A stretch of 64,000 bases of DNA from Eledone cirrhosa (taxonomy: Eukaryota): NCBI GenBank assembly GCA_964016885.1, contig OZ024743.1:294128001-294192000 (forward strand). The letters run 5' to 3'. The notes under the pieces were generated by a model. That model had not been told where the DNA came from. It saw only the letters and a program-made list of their open reading frames with translations, and ran no database searches. Shown piece by piece: positions 13,285-28,552 of the stretch; position 1 is the first letter of the stretch, and every line of letters begins with the position of its first letter. Both the position numbers and the translations under genes were made by a program.

Positions 13285-15423
13285 GTTACCCTTGATCTCA
13301 ATAATGACCTGTACTACCCATACAGGAAACCCAATGACAACCTGCACTACATCCACCGCCGATCTAACCATCCTAGGAACATCACCAACAACCTGGTCAA
13401 AAACATCTCCCTCCGCATATCCCATTTGTCAGCTAATGAGAAGATATTCGATGAACATGCGCCTTACTACAACCAGGCCCTCAAGCGGAGTGGTTTCCGG
13501 GAGGAAATATCCTACTGTCCAGCTCCCATTAGCGGAACCAGCAGGCGACACCGCCGCTCACGCAATGTAACATGGTTCAATCCTCCCCACAACGCCGAGG
13601 TGACAACTCCCATCGGGAAAATTTTCTTTAGGCTCATTGAAAAACACTTCCCACCACAACACCGCTAGCAAAACATAATTAACAAAAATACCATCAAACT
13701 CTCTTACAGCACTACACCTAACTTCGCACAAAACATTGTCTCCTCCAACAACAAAAAACTCAACCCCGATGGAAGAAACAACCCAAATAGCAGTGGAGAG
13801 CCGATCAGGAGGTGCAATTGTCCTGATAGATCCAGTTGCCCCCTCGACAACAGATGCAGGGACCGTAATGTGATCTACCAGTGCAACGTGAGCACGGACA
13901 CCTCCAACAAAGCTTATATAGGATTAACCGCATGTGACTTCAAGACCGTGCTATACCAACACAGACATACTTTCCGAAACCCGGCCCGGCGTCACGCGAC
14001 TACACTTTCGGGCCACATATGGGACCTCAAGGACAACAACATCAACTATGATCTCACTTGGAAATTACTGTCCAGAGCCAACTCTTACACGGGAGGACGC
14101 CGTCCGTGCAATTTATGCTCGGAGGAAACTTTACAAATGATGTTTTCGACGGACCAACTCCTAAACAAGAAAGATGAACTGGTTACTGCATATAAACACC
14201 GATTACGTAGGACTTACCTCGCCCTCAAACCCCATAATGACCCGGGGGGGGGGGGGAGACTAGGGCTATAACACCCCACTTGCCTATTTTGTAATGGGTA
14301 ACCCCTGCTTGCCAATGGAGACGTAAGATCTTCTTTTACATTCTTTTATCGCTTCCTCTATATTTCCTTCTTCCCCCCATCCCTCACTAGTCTTTCTACC
14401 CCAGTTCCTTTTCTTTGTCGTCGTCTTTTTCTCGCCCACCCGAGGTAGCCCCTCGGTCCCTTGTAGCTTCAACACCCCCACTCCCTTCCCCTATTCCATG
14501 ATAGATTTGGCTGACTCCGCTTTTTATAGCTGAGGTGTTAGACTTCGGATACTTTCCCCCTTCTCCGACCGCTGTCCCTTTTTTCCCGTGCCTTCTATAT
14601 TTCTTAGTGGCATCTTCGCTTTAATTTCTCGTTTATCCAGTATTTCTTTCTTCTTTTTCCCTTTTGTTTGGGAGGGGGGGGGGTTACTGTATTAATTTTC
14701 CGTTCTTTACTTTTACTTCGTACGATCTTTCATGTAGCGGGTATAAGACTTTTCGTTTCGTGGCGGTACCCTTAGAGTTAGCACTAGTATTTTTTTGCGG
14801 GACCCTGAATTATATTCTCGTACTAGTTTACTTTCTTGCATGGGTGGTTGCTGGCCCTGTGATTGGGGTAGAAACCTTTATTATTTCGTGGCAGTCTCTT
14901 TAGTATTTTATTCTTCATTATATATATTTTTAAATTTATTTATCTATTCTTTTATTCACGTATTTGTTTATTTATTTATTTATGTATTTCTTTAGCCTAG
15001 CAATAGCGAGAGACTTAAGTCTTAGTAACCAGACTTTGCTTATTTTTTTATTCTCTCTCAGTACTGTTTATAGTTTTACCCTACATTGTTCTACTTACCG
15101 TTTCGAATTCCTCCCCCTCCCCCTCCCCAGTATCCATTTGACCTCACGCCCAGCTGTAGCCGGCACTACCAACACATAAATGGGTCTACTCCACCCCCTC
15201 TCCCCTTTTCTCCTACCGGCAGGTTTAGCAACCCCTTCCCCACCAATTTGCCATCACCGATTTACTACTAACTTGTGATGTGACCAATCCTCGTGATTGT
15301 CTCTTTGACCATATATGGAATATATTGATAAGCTCGGCTATTTAAATACCATAATAAATTTTCATTCAGTCCAGAATTAGCCGTCGAAACGGCTTGAGCT
15401 CAGCCGTCGGGGTCTTACTTGTT

Positions 15424-15428
<5 letters not shown>
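13283..15428 (+). mobile_element. Penelope-like retroelement, 5'-truncated; thumb plus GIY-YIG nearly intact (one stop at 13666) and long 3' region
   Basis: [18 protein letters not shown]...SNHP, WFNPP, CNC..CPLDNRC, IYQC...AYIG, CNLCSEE, LLNKKDEL. Inserted within (TA)n. Confidence 0.92.
15307..15414 (+). ncRNA. Candidate variant hammerhead at PLE 3' end
   Basis: gacc [a tatat gga atata] TTGATAA gct cggcta...tagccg tc GAA ACGGCT tgagctc AGCCGT C ggggtc. Confidence 0.5.
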
Positions 15429-15475
<47 letters not shown>

Positions 15476-16576
15476 GTGCGTGTGTGTGTGTGTGTGTGTG
15501 TAACTAGTAATACTTCCAAACAAGGATATAAGTTCTTTCGAATAAGATAGTCAACAGATAAAAATAATGGTGCATGAAAAAGTTTATATTAAAACGGCTA
15601 GAGGTAGGTGTGAATGGAATTGTCAATAATTTGGCAGACAAAACCAAATACAATTCCTTTGGAACCCTCTCAACTTAGGAGGATACGTAAAATACTACTA
15701 AAAAATAATAAAGTGACACGCACGGCAGCAGCCGTGGCTCTCGCTTCGTGAATCGACAGGGGTTTGAATTCTAATCACCCTAGAAATTGTGAGCTCTATT
15801 TGTCGTCGCTCTACTTGCCAGTGGATGCACACAACTGACGTTAATTGACGTACCATGTCACCAACAATACCAATTGAGAAAAAATTATGGATCGATTATG
15901 AAATAACCACCCCATCGAATATACTATAAGTCAAGCCATCCTATGTCTTTGCCTCACTATGGGTCATAAAGTGATTTTATTTAATTGCTTAGCAATGCAG
16001 TCGGAAAGTCTGACATTTTAAGAGTTTCGGCGTTTCTTTTTAACGTTTATTTTGTTAGCGGCTTAGCATGATTTCCAAAGTCGCATGTTTTTTTTTCTTG
16101 GTTTTGATAACTGCGTAGTTACGCTGGTTGACTTAATTGGTGTCTAGTAGTTTTGAATCCCCTGGATTTCATATATAGGATTAATGATAAAGGCATTCTT
16201 TTAAGAAACGTTAATTAATGTTTGTTGCAGCCAATTATCAGTTACCATGGATACGTGTGAGAGAAGCAATTGGCATGTTATTCTAGGATCTTCTATTTAA
16301 TGCTTTTAAAACAAGAAATATTAGTAAAAAATAAAATAATTTATTAATCTTTAAGCAAATTGTTATTAGCAAAATACATTTCATTACGACTACAACGACA
16401 AAAAAATAAAACCAAATCAAAACAAACACAAAAAAAACAATAACAAAACAATAATAATAATAAGAGATTATTACATGTAATCTCTTTACAGATTATTTTC
16501 TTTTTAATTTCACCCACTTTACTATGAAGTTTTCATGCAACGGCTGTCCCTACGTAATTTCCCTACAATAATAGAT

Positions 16577-16628
16577 GCTGCTACTGCTACTACTACCACT
16601 GCTGCTCTTACTACTACTACTACTACTG

Positions 16629-16696
<68 letters not shown>
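16577..16696. repeat. (TAC/TGC)n trinucleotide microsatellite
   Basis: Seen directly. Confidence 0.95.
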
Positions 16697-16844
16697 GTTA
16701 TGCTTTGGTTATGCAAAACACATTATTATATATTTCAATGGATACAAATATATTACACATATCTACAATATATTGCGAATATCTATGCAAAACATTGCAA
16801 ATACACACACACACACACAGACACTCATATTTATATATATATAC

Positions 16845-16922
16845 ACAAGGTATCCCAAAAATGTATACATATATTTATTAAAATGCTGTTGAAGAGTGCA
16901 TACATTTTTTCGGACACCCTAT
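16845..16922. mobile_element. Tiny Tc1/mariner-type MITE remnant
   Basis: Imperfect TIRs caaggtatcccaaaaatgtatac / gcatacattttttcggacacccta resembling CAGGGTGTCC termini. Confidence 0.5.
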
Positions 16923-17359
16923 CCTGAGTTAGTTTTCTCGTCGCTTTGGTCCTTGCGTCAGTCTTCAATTTGACAAGCTGTCTAAACGTAATGTTATTAC
17001 TCTAAGGTAAAATACCTTATTGAGTGCTTAGCTGCACATTCCGATTGCATTCGTTAGCATAGCTGCATCTCGATCTTCTATTATGCTGAACTTCCATTTG
17101 TATATATATATATAGAATAAGAAAATTCCTTTATTGATAAGGCTGTGATACATATTTCAATGACGAGAGTGGTCACGCGGTTCTGTGTACGCAGTGCTGT
17201 AATCTCATCAGACAGCTTCTTACATAATAAGATTACGTTCTCGATGCAATCCAAATTAAAACGACAAGAGAACGGACAAAAATGATATACTTGAAGCCCT
17301 CGCCCGTTCCCTTTGTATATATATATACAAAGGGAACGGGCGAGAGCTTCAAGTACATC

Positions 17360-17404
<45 letters not shown>

Positions 17405-17405
<1 letters not shown>

Positions 17406-17580
17406 CAAAGAAAATGTGGTAAGAAACCAGGTGGACCATAACGCACCAGAGTACTCGATACTTAGGGCAGTAGAGTGGGTAATAGGAAAAAAGTCAGGAC
17501 CCTGACGGCTGAGCTTCGAGTTCGGATCTTGCTGTCGATACGGCCGGAGCTCAGCCGTCGGTGTCCTGACATTTTTCATA
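17405..17580. mobile_element. Fold-back solo 3' terminus of the 13283-15428 PLE family
   Basis: The right arm gagctcagccgtcgg..tcctgac..ttcata matches 15396-15428. The left arm is its reverse complement plus about 75 nt of extension. A related copy is at 33920-34069. Confidence 0.65.
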
Positions 17581-17963
17581 TATATATATAGATATATTCA
17601 TACATACACACACACACATATACACACACTTGCGCACACACACTCACACACGCGCGCACCCACACTCATACACGCACGCACGCACACACACACACATATA
17701 TATGTGTGTCTGTATATAAATATATATTGGGGTGCGTGTATGTGTAAATATACATGTTCAAGTAAAAATAAAGTTCGACTAAGTAAGTGCCATTAAACAA
17801 GGTAATTAGTTAACTACTGTTATACAAAAGAATATATTCGGTGCCAGTTATAATGTGTTTATTTCTTCATTTAGTGCAAGTTTACGTTGCCAAGTATTTT
17901 CCTCAAATGCCGGCAGCCTCGTTTTTCTGTTTCTTTTTTATTATCATTAAACTAAGGAGAGAG

Positions 17964-18023
<60 letters not shown>

Positions 18024-18764
18024 TGTTACTGCGATGGTTGCTACTAAAATCTGTAAACATCCAGACATCTCCTAACGCATCTGGCTAAATTTTACTATCT
18101 GGCTAAATTCTTTTTTTATTAAATGATCTGCTGAAATATATTTCGCTGAAGTGCTAATCGTTATTTTTTTTGCCATAAAATAATTAGCTGTTTAAATCTC
18201 TATTCGTATAGCTGTTTGGGTCTAGTATTACGCAAATAAATGTTGAAGAAAATAGAAGTCAAAGAGATAATCATGTGCAGGGGTTTATACGAGTTTCAAT
18301 ACGAATTAACTATATAACTAAAAAGGTAAGAAGCTGATTATCACACCGGACCAAGAACACTTTGCTTCAATTGGTCCTCTCGTTGCTGATACTATCTGTT
18401 GGTCGTAAATCCTAGCAGTAGTGTCACCGTCTTGACAGTGACACGAGGCGGAATTTAAACTCAGAAAGTACAGAGTTGGAACAGACACATAAATATCACA
18501 CCTTAATTTTGCCAGCCAATATCTTCTGAAATGATACTTGAGTTATCGATTCCCGGAAGGATAATATGTAATAATGTAATAATGATCTGGATGTTATTTG
18601 AATGCAGAGGGCAGATACGAGGAACAAATATCTATTTATGTGACAGACACTGACATAATCGTTAGAGAGTCCGACTACATTCCACATTCTGTTTATTGGA
18701 CTAACTGCGCTCTGATCTCAAATCTCACCAAGGTTAGTTTTTCTTTTCATCTCCTCTAAAGTGT

Positions 18765-19015
18765 GTCTCGAGCCCGGAGGCTGATCAGACCGGTGTCCGT
18801 GGAATTAAGCGACCGAGAACACAAGAATCACTCCTGGATAGGACACGAGTTCATCGCAGGGTTATACCTCAAGCTATTGCTGGTACTCATTTTCAGCAGA
18901 ACATAATTGAGCAATGTGAAATGAATTCTTTTACAAAACGCCCAACCCAGTCCAGGAATCGAATCCACATTATGATCATAAGTCGAATACACTTTCCACT
19001 AGGCCACGTGCCTGC
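18765..19015 (-). mobile_element. Second tRNA-derived SINE family
   Basis: Minus head tggcctagtgg (A box)...gattcgattcc (B box) and aaatgagtaccagc body. Relatives at about 23700-23930 and 51525-51620. Confidence 0.65.
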
Positions 19016-20869
19016 ACCTTTAATTTCTTCGTGTTCGATGAAATAAATTACCAGTTTAAGGAAGTTGCTTGTAGAATAAATAAAGAGTCGAGCAGGATGG
19101 CATACTGTGTCACTTTCTGCCCTTTGTTTTCTGATATGACCTGCTACGCCAGTCTTGCCAAGCTATATCCGTCTTAACTTTCTCTCGGACCACATCGGCC
19201 ACGGGGAGAAGAAGAAAGTGCCTGCATGGGTGATGGCTGCTCTCCTACAAAAGAACTTGCCCATACCTGCACATTGGAGATTAGCTTATGAGGTGCAGAT
19301 CCATGGTCTCATGAGACATACGATGTCCCAGGATTTCAGTCAATTAGAATTGTAGTATTATTCTCTGAGAAGATGATCCTGCTACTAATGTTCTACTGTT
19401 GTTAGTCTTACTGATGCTGCTTGGATCGCAGTTGTTGTTATTAGTCTTAGGTCAGCCTTGCTGAAGCTGACCTATGATTAAAATCTTATCAGCCATAATT
19501 AAATCATTTGTTAGACGCAGTGTATCCAAACCTCATTTATCTAATATGCTTTTCAATATTAAAGGAGCAGTTCATTGCTTAAGGGGATTTAGCTATTATT
19601 ACAGACGTATTATGCGGCCACTTAGAATATTTATAAGTTGCTAGTGTCTTACTTGGTTGAGTTATTATTTCTCTTTGGATGATCATAGGATAAATGCTTT
19701 TGATAAATCAAACATAATATCAAAGGTGCATCAATTAGGAGTATACCATCTTTATTTCAGGCATAGTGTAACAAGGACTATCTCATCAAAAGCACATTGC
19801 ATTTTCAAGACGGTAAATTACAACTAAAAGAATTGGTTGCTCTTTCTAGTAAATCAAGAAGCTGCATAGATTTTATTTGCTTTGTTAAACACAAGTTCAG
19901 CCTCAATCAAGAATAACTTTAAGTATTCATTTTTTCTTCAGATATAGTGTATAGAAATCTACTAGTGTGTCGTTCCTGAATTTAAGATGTGAGTATGTGA
20001 TTCAATGTTGCTGTTATAAGCAGATTAATCGACCACCAGTCGCTTACAGTTGTTTAGCATTAAACTAGCACATAGGAACTAAAGTGGTACAGTCGTGGCT
20101 GACTGGTCGTTTTATTCATCTAGAGTTACGTTATTTAATACCCTTATGGACCCTTCTGTTGTTTCCATATTGTTGTGAATTTTGGCTGTTATTTGTGGCA
20201 GATTACTATATTTGGCATGCCCTAACAAGGGTTCTCATGTTTACTCATTCCTTCCCCTTCACATCTTGCTCCATTATTAGCTCGAGTGGTTCATTTATTT
20301 CCCTAAGAAGCTTACAGTATTAGAACTGCGTATTGTGAATAGAACCACAATTTCCTAAATGGGTGCCTTTCTGCAGCATATGACAACAAAGCAATAATGA
20401 CGACATAAATCATATTTATTTCGGCAGCCTTGACTTAGGAATCATATTATCAAATGTTTCCCAACCATAGCCATCACGTATCTTGTTTTCAAAACTAGTG
20501 TGCGTAGGACTAGTTAATTAAATATGTTGTTTTCCTTTTTAATGATGGTACTGTAATTAGAGATTAATTTTATTTCGCTGCTACATACGTTCGATCGAAA
20601 CTAAACAGGAGATCATTTGTATTTAGATCGATGAGCTACTGTTTCGTATAACATCCAACACTGACTATACATAGTAATAACAATAGAAAACACGTATAAC
20701 ATCGAAATATATATTTAAAAAAAACGACGCGGGATATGATAGGAAAACAAAGAGAGACAGCACTGAAAACATTTCTGATGATTAGATTTACGGCAGATGG
20801 TTTACATGTTTTACATTGCAATATTGGACGAAGATTTATCATTTCCTTTCTTATTCTTGACGTGTCTGA

Positions 20870-20967
<98 letters not shown>

Positions 20968-23057
20968 ATTTTTTGTTTTGTGTGTGTTCTGTGTGTGAAT
21001 ACGTCTCAAAAAATCTCATCAGTAGTCTTCAAATATAAAATTCTTTTGTCCATACTTGATCTGTAATATTCTACAATAGATAAATAAATGTATAAAAATG
21101 CAAACAAACAAAGAAGAAAAGGAAGGAAAAGATCAAAATATAAGAACAGGTTTTCGGTTGGTTTTTGCTTCTTTAGAAGCGGTATAATTTGTTTTGTTTT
21201 GAGGTTTTAATACTTTTCATATACATTGTAATACTATACATACATGCATACACACATAAATACACGCACACACAGTCACTTATGTTTCTATAACACATTG
21301 TTTTTTTTCAATGTTGCCGGAGTTTTCGCTGTTGCTGCTGTTGAAGCCGTTGATACAGTTTGTGATGCAGTTCTTTTTGTTTACCTTGTCTAATAAATCT
21401 AAATTGTTGTTATAGTGTACATCAATAAAATATATTAATAAAATACAAGATAAATGTCAACACACACAATAGGATTCGTTACTGTTTTTATTCTACGTTT
21501 GTTCGCCCATTTTTTTAATATCAAAAAATGAAAAGAGAAATTTCCTTCTTATAATGCTCGTATTATTTTTCCTCTTTCAAATCTTGTCTTCGTTTTGTTA
21601 TTTTGATATTCTTATTCGTCTCAATAAACAAATGCCTAAAAGTAAGGAAAAAGTTAAAACGAAAAACTAACAAACAACAGAATGCACTGAAGAAACAAAA
21701 TAAGAAGGAAATCTATATAAGAAAAAAAAAAACATCTGTTGCTTGAAGTAAGGATAGTCACAGAAAACAGGATTGGATGTTTCAAGATAGTTTTCAACCT
21801 AGGTTTTGTTCATTCATGGGAGTCCACCAAAATAGCACTGGGTGTACCGGAGCTAAGTTCAAAATTCAAGTACTGTGTTAAAAACATCATATGCGCACGT
21901 TACTGGGTATTCGTTCACTTCTAAGGATATATTTTTTTCTCTTCCGTTGTTATTCTCAGCGTCTAGTAATCTAAGAGAAAAGCCCATGGGAAACTTTATT
22001 TCAATAAAAACCGTCCTTGGTAGGGAACATTTTAAGAACTATTATTTTATGGTATTCAGCTTCGAATTTCTATATTTTGTGTTCCATATCTCCCATGACC
22101 CTAAGTATGACCCTCAACATTCCAATTGTAAACAATGGAGGAATGTAAGTACTGTTTCCTCTCGCGGCCTCTTCTAATGTTAAGACAATAGTCTCTTCTC
22201 ATCGGAGTTGGCCGAACTCTTGTTACATCTACTCCAGCTCTTCCGACTCATTCGTCTCTCCACTTTTCATCCTCCAGCTTGTATGCAATCTTAACCCTTA
22301 CAACGCAATCACCTACGCCCAGTTCTAACGGCTCTCTCTGAATGACGGCCCCCTGGAACTCTCGCCCCGATCATGTTTTTCCGACAGATGTTGAATCACA
22401 CCAGTTTAAATGGAGCAGCCACTGTATTTATTTTCTTCAATCTCAAAGGACCTATGACAGTCATGAGCACCACCCCTTTTTCTCTAGACCTACCCAATAA
22501 AATCAAAACCTATAATATAGTAGAGTAATTTCATTTAACTATACTCCTTCACATCAAAATAATAACTCTTCCAAAGAAGGAGTCTCTCTTGTAGTCGTTT
22601 GAACAGATAGACGCAACAAGGAAATCTCCCTCAAATCACAACCTATCGCCTTTATATATGGAGAGGAAACATTGGATTATATATATCTGACAGATTTAGT
22701 GAGAGTCAGGATAGGAATATCTTTAATAATTGGTCTGCTCAATAAGGCCTAACCTGAGGCTAAAAAGCAGCTGCCATAACCCCCTTCTGTTATCTTCTAA
22801 TGCGTATATCTTTTTAATGGATGGTGATAGTAGATTCAATCAGTCTTAGTGTCAGTGTATTACTGTTACTTCATTTATTGACATGCTAGACAATACGTCG
22901 TTATTAAAATTTGAAGGAGAAATGTGAGACATTTATCTTGGAGCGTTTCATTCTGAAAACAAGTTCTGTTTTCAGATTGCCATACTTGTGTATATGTTGG
23001 TAAGGTAACGAAAAATTCCAATATGGCACTGGTATCTAATATATCAATAAATCTCAC

Positions 23058-23642
23058 CATGACGTTTACTTCCAGCATGACACTTACCTGCAACATGTGA
23101 CCTCAAGCATACATGTTATTTACCTGCAAAATATAATTGTTTCTATTTTAGGCACAAGGCCGCAATTACCCAGTACATTACTGGTACTTTATTTTATCGA
23201 CCCCGTAAGGATGAAAGGCAAAGTTAACCTCGGCGGGATTTGAACTCAGAATGGCAAGGGCCGTAACTCTATGCGTCAAAGCATGGTGTCCGACTCTCTA
23301 CCGATACTGCCAATCCACCGCCCTGCAACATATAATGCCACCATTTCACCTCCAGCATATCTTATTAATTCAAGCATGCCCTTCAGCCCCAAGATGTCAC
23401 TCCAGCATGTCATTTCCCTTCGACATGTCACCAAGCTGTTACCTATCTCCCATATGTAACTTATCCCCCAACAGGTCACTGAACCTCATCATGAAGTTTA
23501 CCTCCTGCACGTCGTTTTCATCTAGCATGTCTATCACTTCCAGTATATCAATTGCTCTCAACATACTTCCACATGTCATCTACCTCCAGCATATGACTTA
23601 AAGCCAGCATGGCATTTTGCTCCAAATGGTACTTACCTCCAT
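23058..23642. repeat. Degenerate 18-bp minisatellite (consensus about catgtcatttacctccag) interrupted by a SINE
   Basis: Units such as catgacacttacctgcaa, catgtcatctacctccag and catggcattttgctccaa. Confidence 0.7.
23133..23322 (-). mobile_element. Full-length tRNA-derived SINE
   Basis: Reverse complement of the 54536-54727 family, head to tail. Confidence 0.9.
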
Positions 23643-24123
23643 AATATTGACTATTTCATTAATGTTGCAACAATAGAGTTCATTTGTCTGAATATTAGCC
23701 TGATGAGTGTAATATCTGACGCTCGATCTCCAGACAAGGCGTTGTGTTATGACATTGAGCAAAGCACTTAATTTCACATTGCTCCTGTGAATTTAGCTGA
23801 TAATGAGTACCAGCTGGGGGATCCTTAGGGAAGATTGGTGTTACAGACAAGACGGCTTGTACATACAGTCTCTTACTGCCACACGAAACCGGCATAATCT
23901 CTGGCCTTTGTACAACACGTGTTAACATGGAAAATAAACGTTAAACGGAAGATGATGTTACTGAATCTAAATATTCGGGATGGTGTTCTGTTTATTAAGT
24001 AACAGAAGAAATTTCATTCATTTGTCTCATATCTACTTTTTAAGGATTCTACCAAAACTGAAATTAGAGCTATATAGACCGAAACACAATGATTGGGGTA
24101 ATATATTTGCTAGAAAAAGCAAG

Positions 24124-24161
<38 letters not shown>

Positions 24162-24163
24162 TT

Positions 24164-24223
<60 letters not shown>

Positions 24224-25585
24224 TATTCTCACACCTACATGTACGTAGTGAAATATGTATGTATGTATAAATATGCATGTTCATGTGTATGCGTGGGTAT
24301 GAGATTTTGTGTATGCGACTGTACGCATTCTTTCGAATATGAACGTGGGGTGATGTGGGAAAAAAGTTCTTCTAATCGCTATTGTTTCCAATAGTTAACT
24401 TCCATTACACATGACTTGGCAAGCAGCAGGCTGGACTTCCCTCTCGAATGCAAACAATGACAATGACAGGTACCTTCCCTTTTTATCTTTGTCTTTTCTC
24501 ATTCTTCTTCTCTTGCTTTTTCTCTATCTCCGACTTTCCTATTGCTTTACATAATTCTTGTTCTAGTCTTTCACCATTTTCCTCATTTTTTTTCCATGGC
24601 CCCTCACACTCCCATCCTCTGCAACTTTCTTTCCATTCAAAATGTTAATTCAATCAAATTTTCACTGAATGAAATAAGGAAGGAAACGAAATATTACATA
24701 TAAATGTAATAAAAAAAATTACAAAAAAAAAGGATGAGAACAAATTATTGGCGCTCCTTTGAATGGGGTATATAACAAAGACGTTTTGCGATCGATGCCC
24801 ATCACACACACACACACACAAACAGTTTCAAGCAACCTCATACAGATTTACATACATTTCTACATAGAAGCAAGTAATAAAAGAAATATCTTGAAAGAAT
24901 TAAAACAAAACAAAACACCGAGTTCATTGCATGTCTATAAATATAAGCTCACATGCGTATATACATACAGATGTACACTTGCACAAACACAAGAACACAC
25001 GCGCACACACATACAGAATCATACGAAAACAGAGACACACAGGGCTCTATTGTTGTGAGAACAAAAGTAATCCCTTTTTTTCTCTGTCGAGCAGAAAACT
25101 TGTTGATTTTGTTGCTGTTGTGTAGCTCCAGGTCAGACTTTTAGAGTAGACAGTTATGATCAAAGACATTCTAGTTATAACCATGTCGTTTCTTATATAC
25201 ACGAAGCAATAAAGTTCTAATTTATTTTGTATTCAATGTGTTCCTTCGTTTTTTTACTGATATCTATTACAGGTCGACATCACACACACGCACACACAAA
25301 CACACACACACACATTTATATATATATATGTACATATGTATTTTATATGTGTATGTATATATGCGCGTGTATATATATATATATATATATATACACGCAC
25401 ACATATATATATGCATATATACATGTATATATATATATTTTTAATATTCTCCGTGAATGTGTCAAGTTTCAAATAAATGCACGTTTATAAATGTATACAA
25501 ACGAATATCACTGTCATCAACGGAAACTCGAAAGACGCGTAAGAGGGAAATTATTGGTTTTATACACACTGATAATGTCATATGC

Positions 25586-25703
<118 letters not shown>

Positions 25704-26125
25704 AACAATGGTAGTTAGAAAAATACTAGCGGACAAGTAGATGATTAGTTATAGAAACGTTACACATAACACAGTACAATACTAAAATAAACACATAAAC
25801 AGTAGATATCAGATTCCTTATATCTAGTGATTACAACTCGAATCTCAAATTCCTGTGGTAAAGTCTACAAAATCACATTTGCCTCCAAAAGAGATATGTA
25901 GTACATAAGCTAAGAAAACTTCACATGCTTACGATGAAAATGGGAAAGTTTAGACATTAATGTTAGACACAAGATTTTGTTCTTCTAACCAACAACAAAA
26001 GACTCAATCAAAATGAAATATATAAAACCACTGGTAAAAAAATTTGAAACTGCCACATTGTTTAGTTTTTAATATAACACAGACACACACGCGCACCCAT
26101 AAGGCAGGAGTTTCTGTCGTTTCTG

Positions 26126-26604
<479 letters not shown>

Positions 26605-26679
26605 ACGGCTCGGAAAAATCTTTTTCCTATAGCTAATTTACTGTAATGAGACTATTTTGAGTTTCTAACTCAATACATG

Positions 26680-26738
<59 letters not shown>

Positions 26739-27202
26739 AAAATAATTAAGTCAAATATGTAAAATTTGTCTTCGTTTATTGTAAATTATAGATACAGCTA
26801 TATATATTTCATTGGATGTGACCTCTTCCGGCAGTCCGAATTGGTGTGGGAAAGACACATGTTGTTGCAGTGTGTTTTACACCGTCAATACATCGATATG
26901 TCCAGCTCCTGGTTGTTTTGTTATTTCTCTGAGGAACTGGAATCATATAGGTTAGAACAAACGAATTTCGGCGTCATAGGACACGCTCGCATCCCATTGG
27001 TCAACTGTGAGAACATTTCTCAGTCAAAACTCTATAGAAATTTTTCTGAGGCAAGACAATCTGTTGTAGTTGCTTTTGTACAGCTGACCTCCTCCATTGT
27101 GTTGGCAGTGGTAGTGGTGTTAAGGAGTCAGCTGGCAGGTCAGCTTTAGTGTGTTGCTGCTATGTTCAGAAGAATTTGTTTGTGTACATACATATATATA
27201 TA

Positions 27203-27950
27203 CTAACTGGCCGGTCCAGCTGGCGTTCGGCTAGGTATACCGGCATTTTATCTTTACAGGATTTCCCCCTACACTCCAGTGGAAAGAAACCGCACGCCCA
27301 CTCAAGGAGCATTTTAACGTGCTCTGATGTTTGGTTTGAATAGATTTTAGGATTTCCCAGTTCAGCAGCCAGTACGTTAAAGAAAATTGATAGTTACAAC
27401 AATAAAGGCTGAACAGAGAACACATTTTTTAACAAAAATTACAATAATTTGTACATCCACAATGGAAATTCCAAGTAACAGAAAATACATAAATTACATT
27501 GTTAGTGCCTCAGTATACAATATATTTTTGTTCGGCCCTCGGGAGCAAATATGAAGAGATCGTTTGGCGAGCTCACCCTCGAGCATCCTACATACAATTG
27601 ACCATGGGAGAAGCATGGTTTTCCCAGATGAAGGCCAGCGACTTTTAGGGTTTGACCCTGAGCTTTGTTGATGGCAATCGCGAAGCTTAGTCTCTCTGTT
27701 GCTCTAGTAACATTTTTTTCTTTTGGAAAATCTGATCTTGCGGCCAAGCTGGGACATTTTGGGTACCATATCAGCAGTAAGAATGACGGTAAGCCGTGTG
27801 TGCTTTCGTGAAATAAATACGTTTGTTAAAACATCTTTTCTTGTGGAAAATCTGATCTTGCGACCAGGCTAGGATTTTTTGGGTGGCATATCGGCAGTAA
27901 AAATGATGATAGGCAGTCTGTGCTTTCGTGAAATAAATACGTTTGTTTAT
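27203..27950 (-). mobile_element. Helitron 3' fragment (PIF1-type helicase C-terminus)
   Basis: RLSFAIAINKAQGQTLKVAGL...FSHGQLYVGCSRV. GC-rich subterminal segment ending cagTTAGt at about 27203. Internal duplication of about 120 bp at 27709-27946. Confidence 0.88.
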
Positions 27951-27986
27951 ATTTTGTTTTTGTGTATGCAAAAATATCTGTACATG

Positions 27987-28014
<28 letters not shown>

Positions 28015-28023
<9 letters not shown>

Positions 28024-28165
28024 CAGATAAAAGTTTAAGCAAAGAATCGCTGCTTTCACCCTTAACGGGATCTTCTGATACTAAAAAAAATCAATATGTG
28101 AACGCAGAAGTAAATATTTCGAAAAACGTTGCAACCGAAAGAAAAGAGGAAGATGATACTTACGT
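28015..28165 (-). mobile_element. Solo 3' end of the 6222-8980 PLE family
   Basis: Reverse complement of about 8830-8975. A further short piece is at about 12380-12460. Confidence 0.75.
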
Positions 28166-28341
28166 TCGTGAATACGTTAGGAATGTCGTGTAACCGGAGG
28201 TGTCGGCATTTGAAAATTTTAAAGAAGTGAATATTTAAATAATCTCTTTAATCTTTTAACAAAATTCAGTAGACATAAATCTTTCTTACTTGGAAAAAGT
28301 TACATCTATGGTGCAAATTTGATGCCGTTTGGTCCAGCCGC

Positions 28342-28501
<160 letters not shown>

Positions 28502-28506
28502 CTGTG

Positions 28507-28552
<46 letters not shown>

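Noticed and set aside
19155-19355. 66-aa non-repetitive ORF as a host exon
   Set aside because: No recognisable domain or splice support.
26790-27170. Possible piggyBac C-terminal Cys-rich remnant (CKTHCNNMCLSH) on the minus strand
   Set aside because: Too short and decayed, and no TIR/TTAA end identified.
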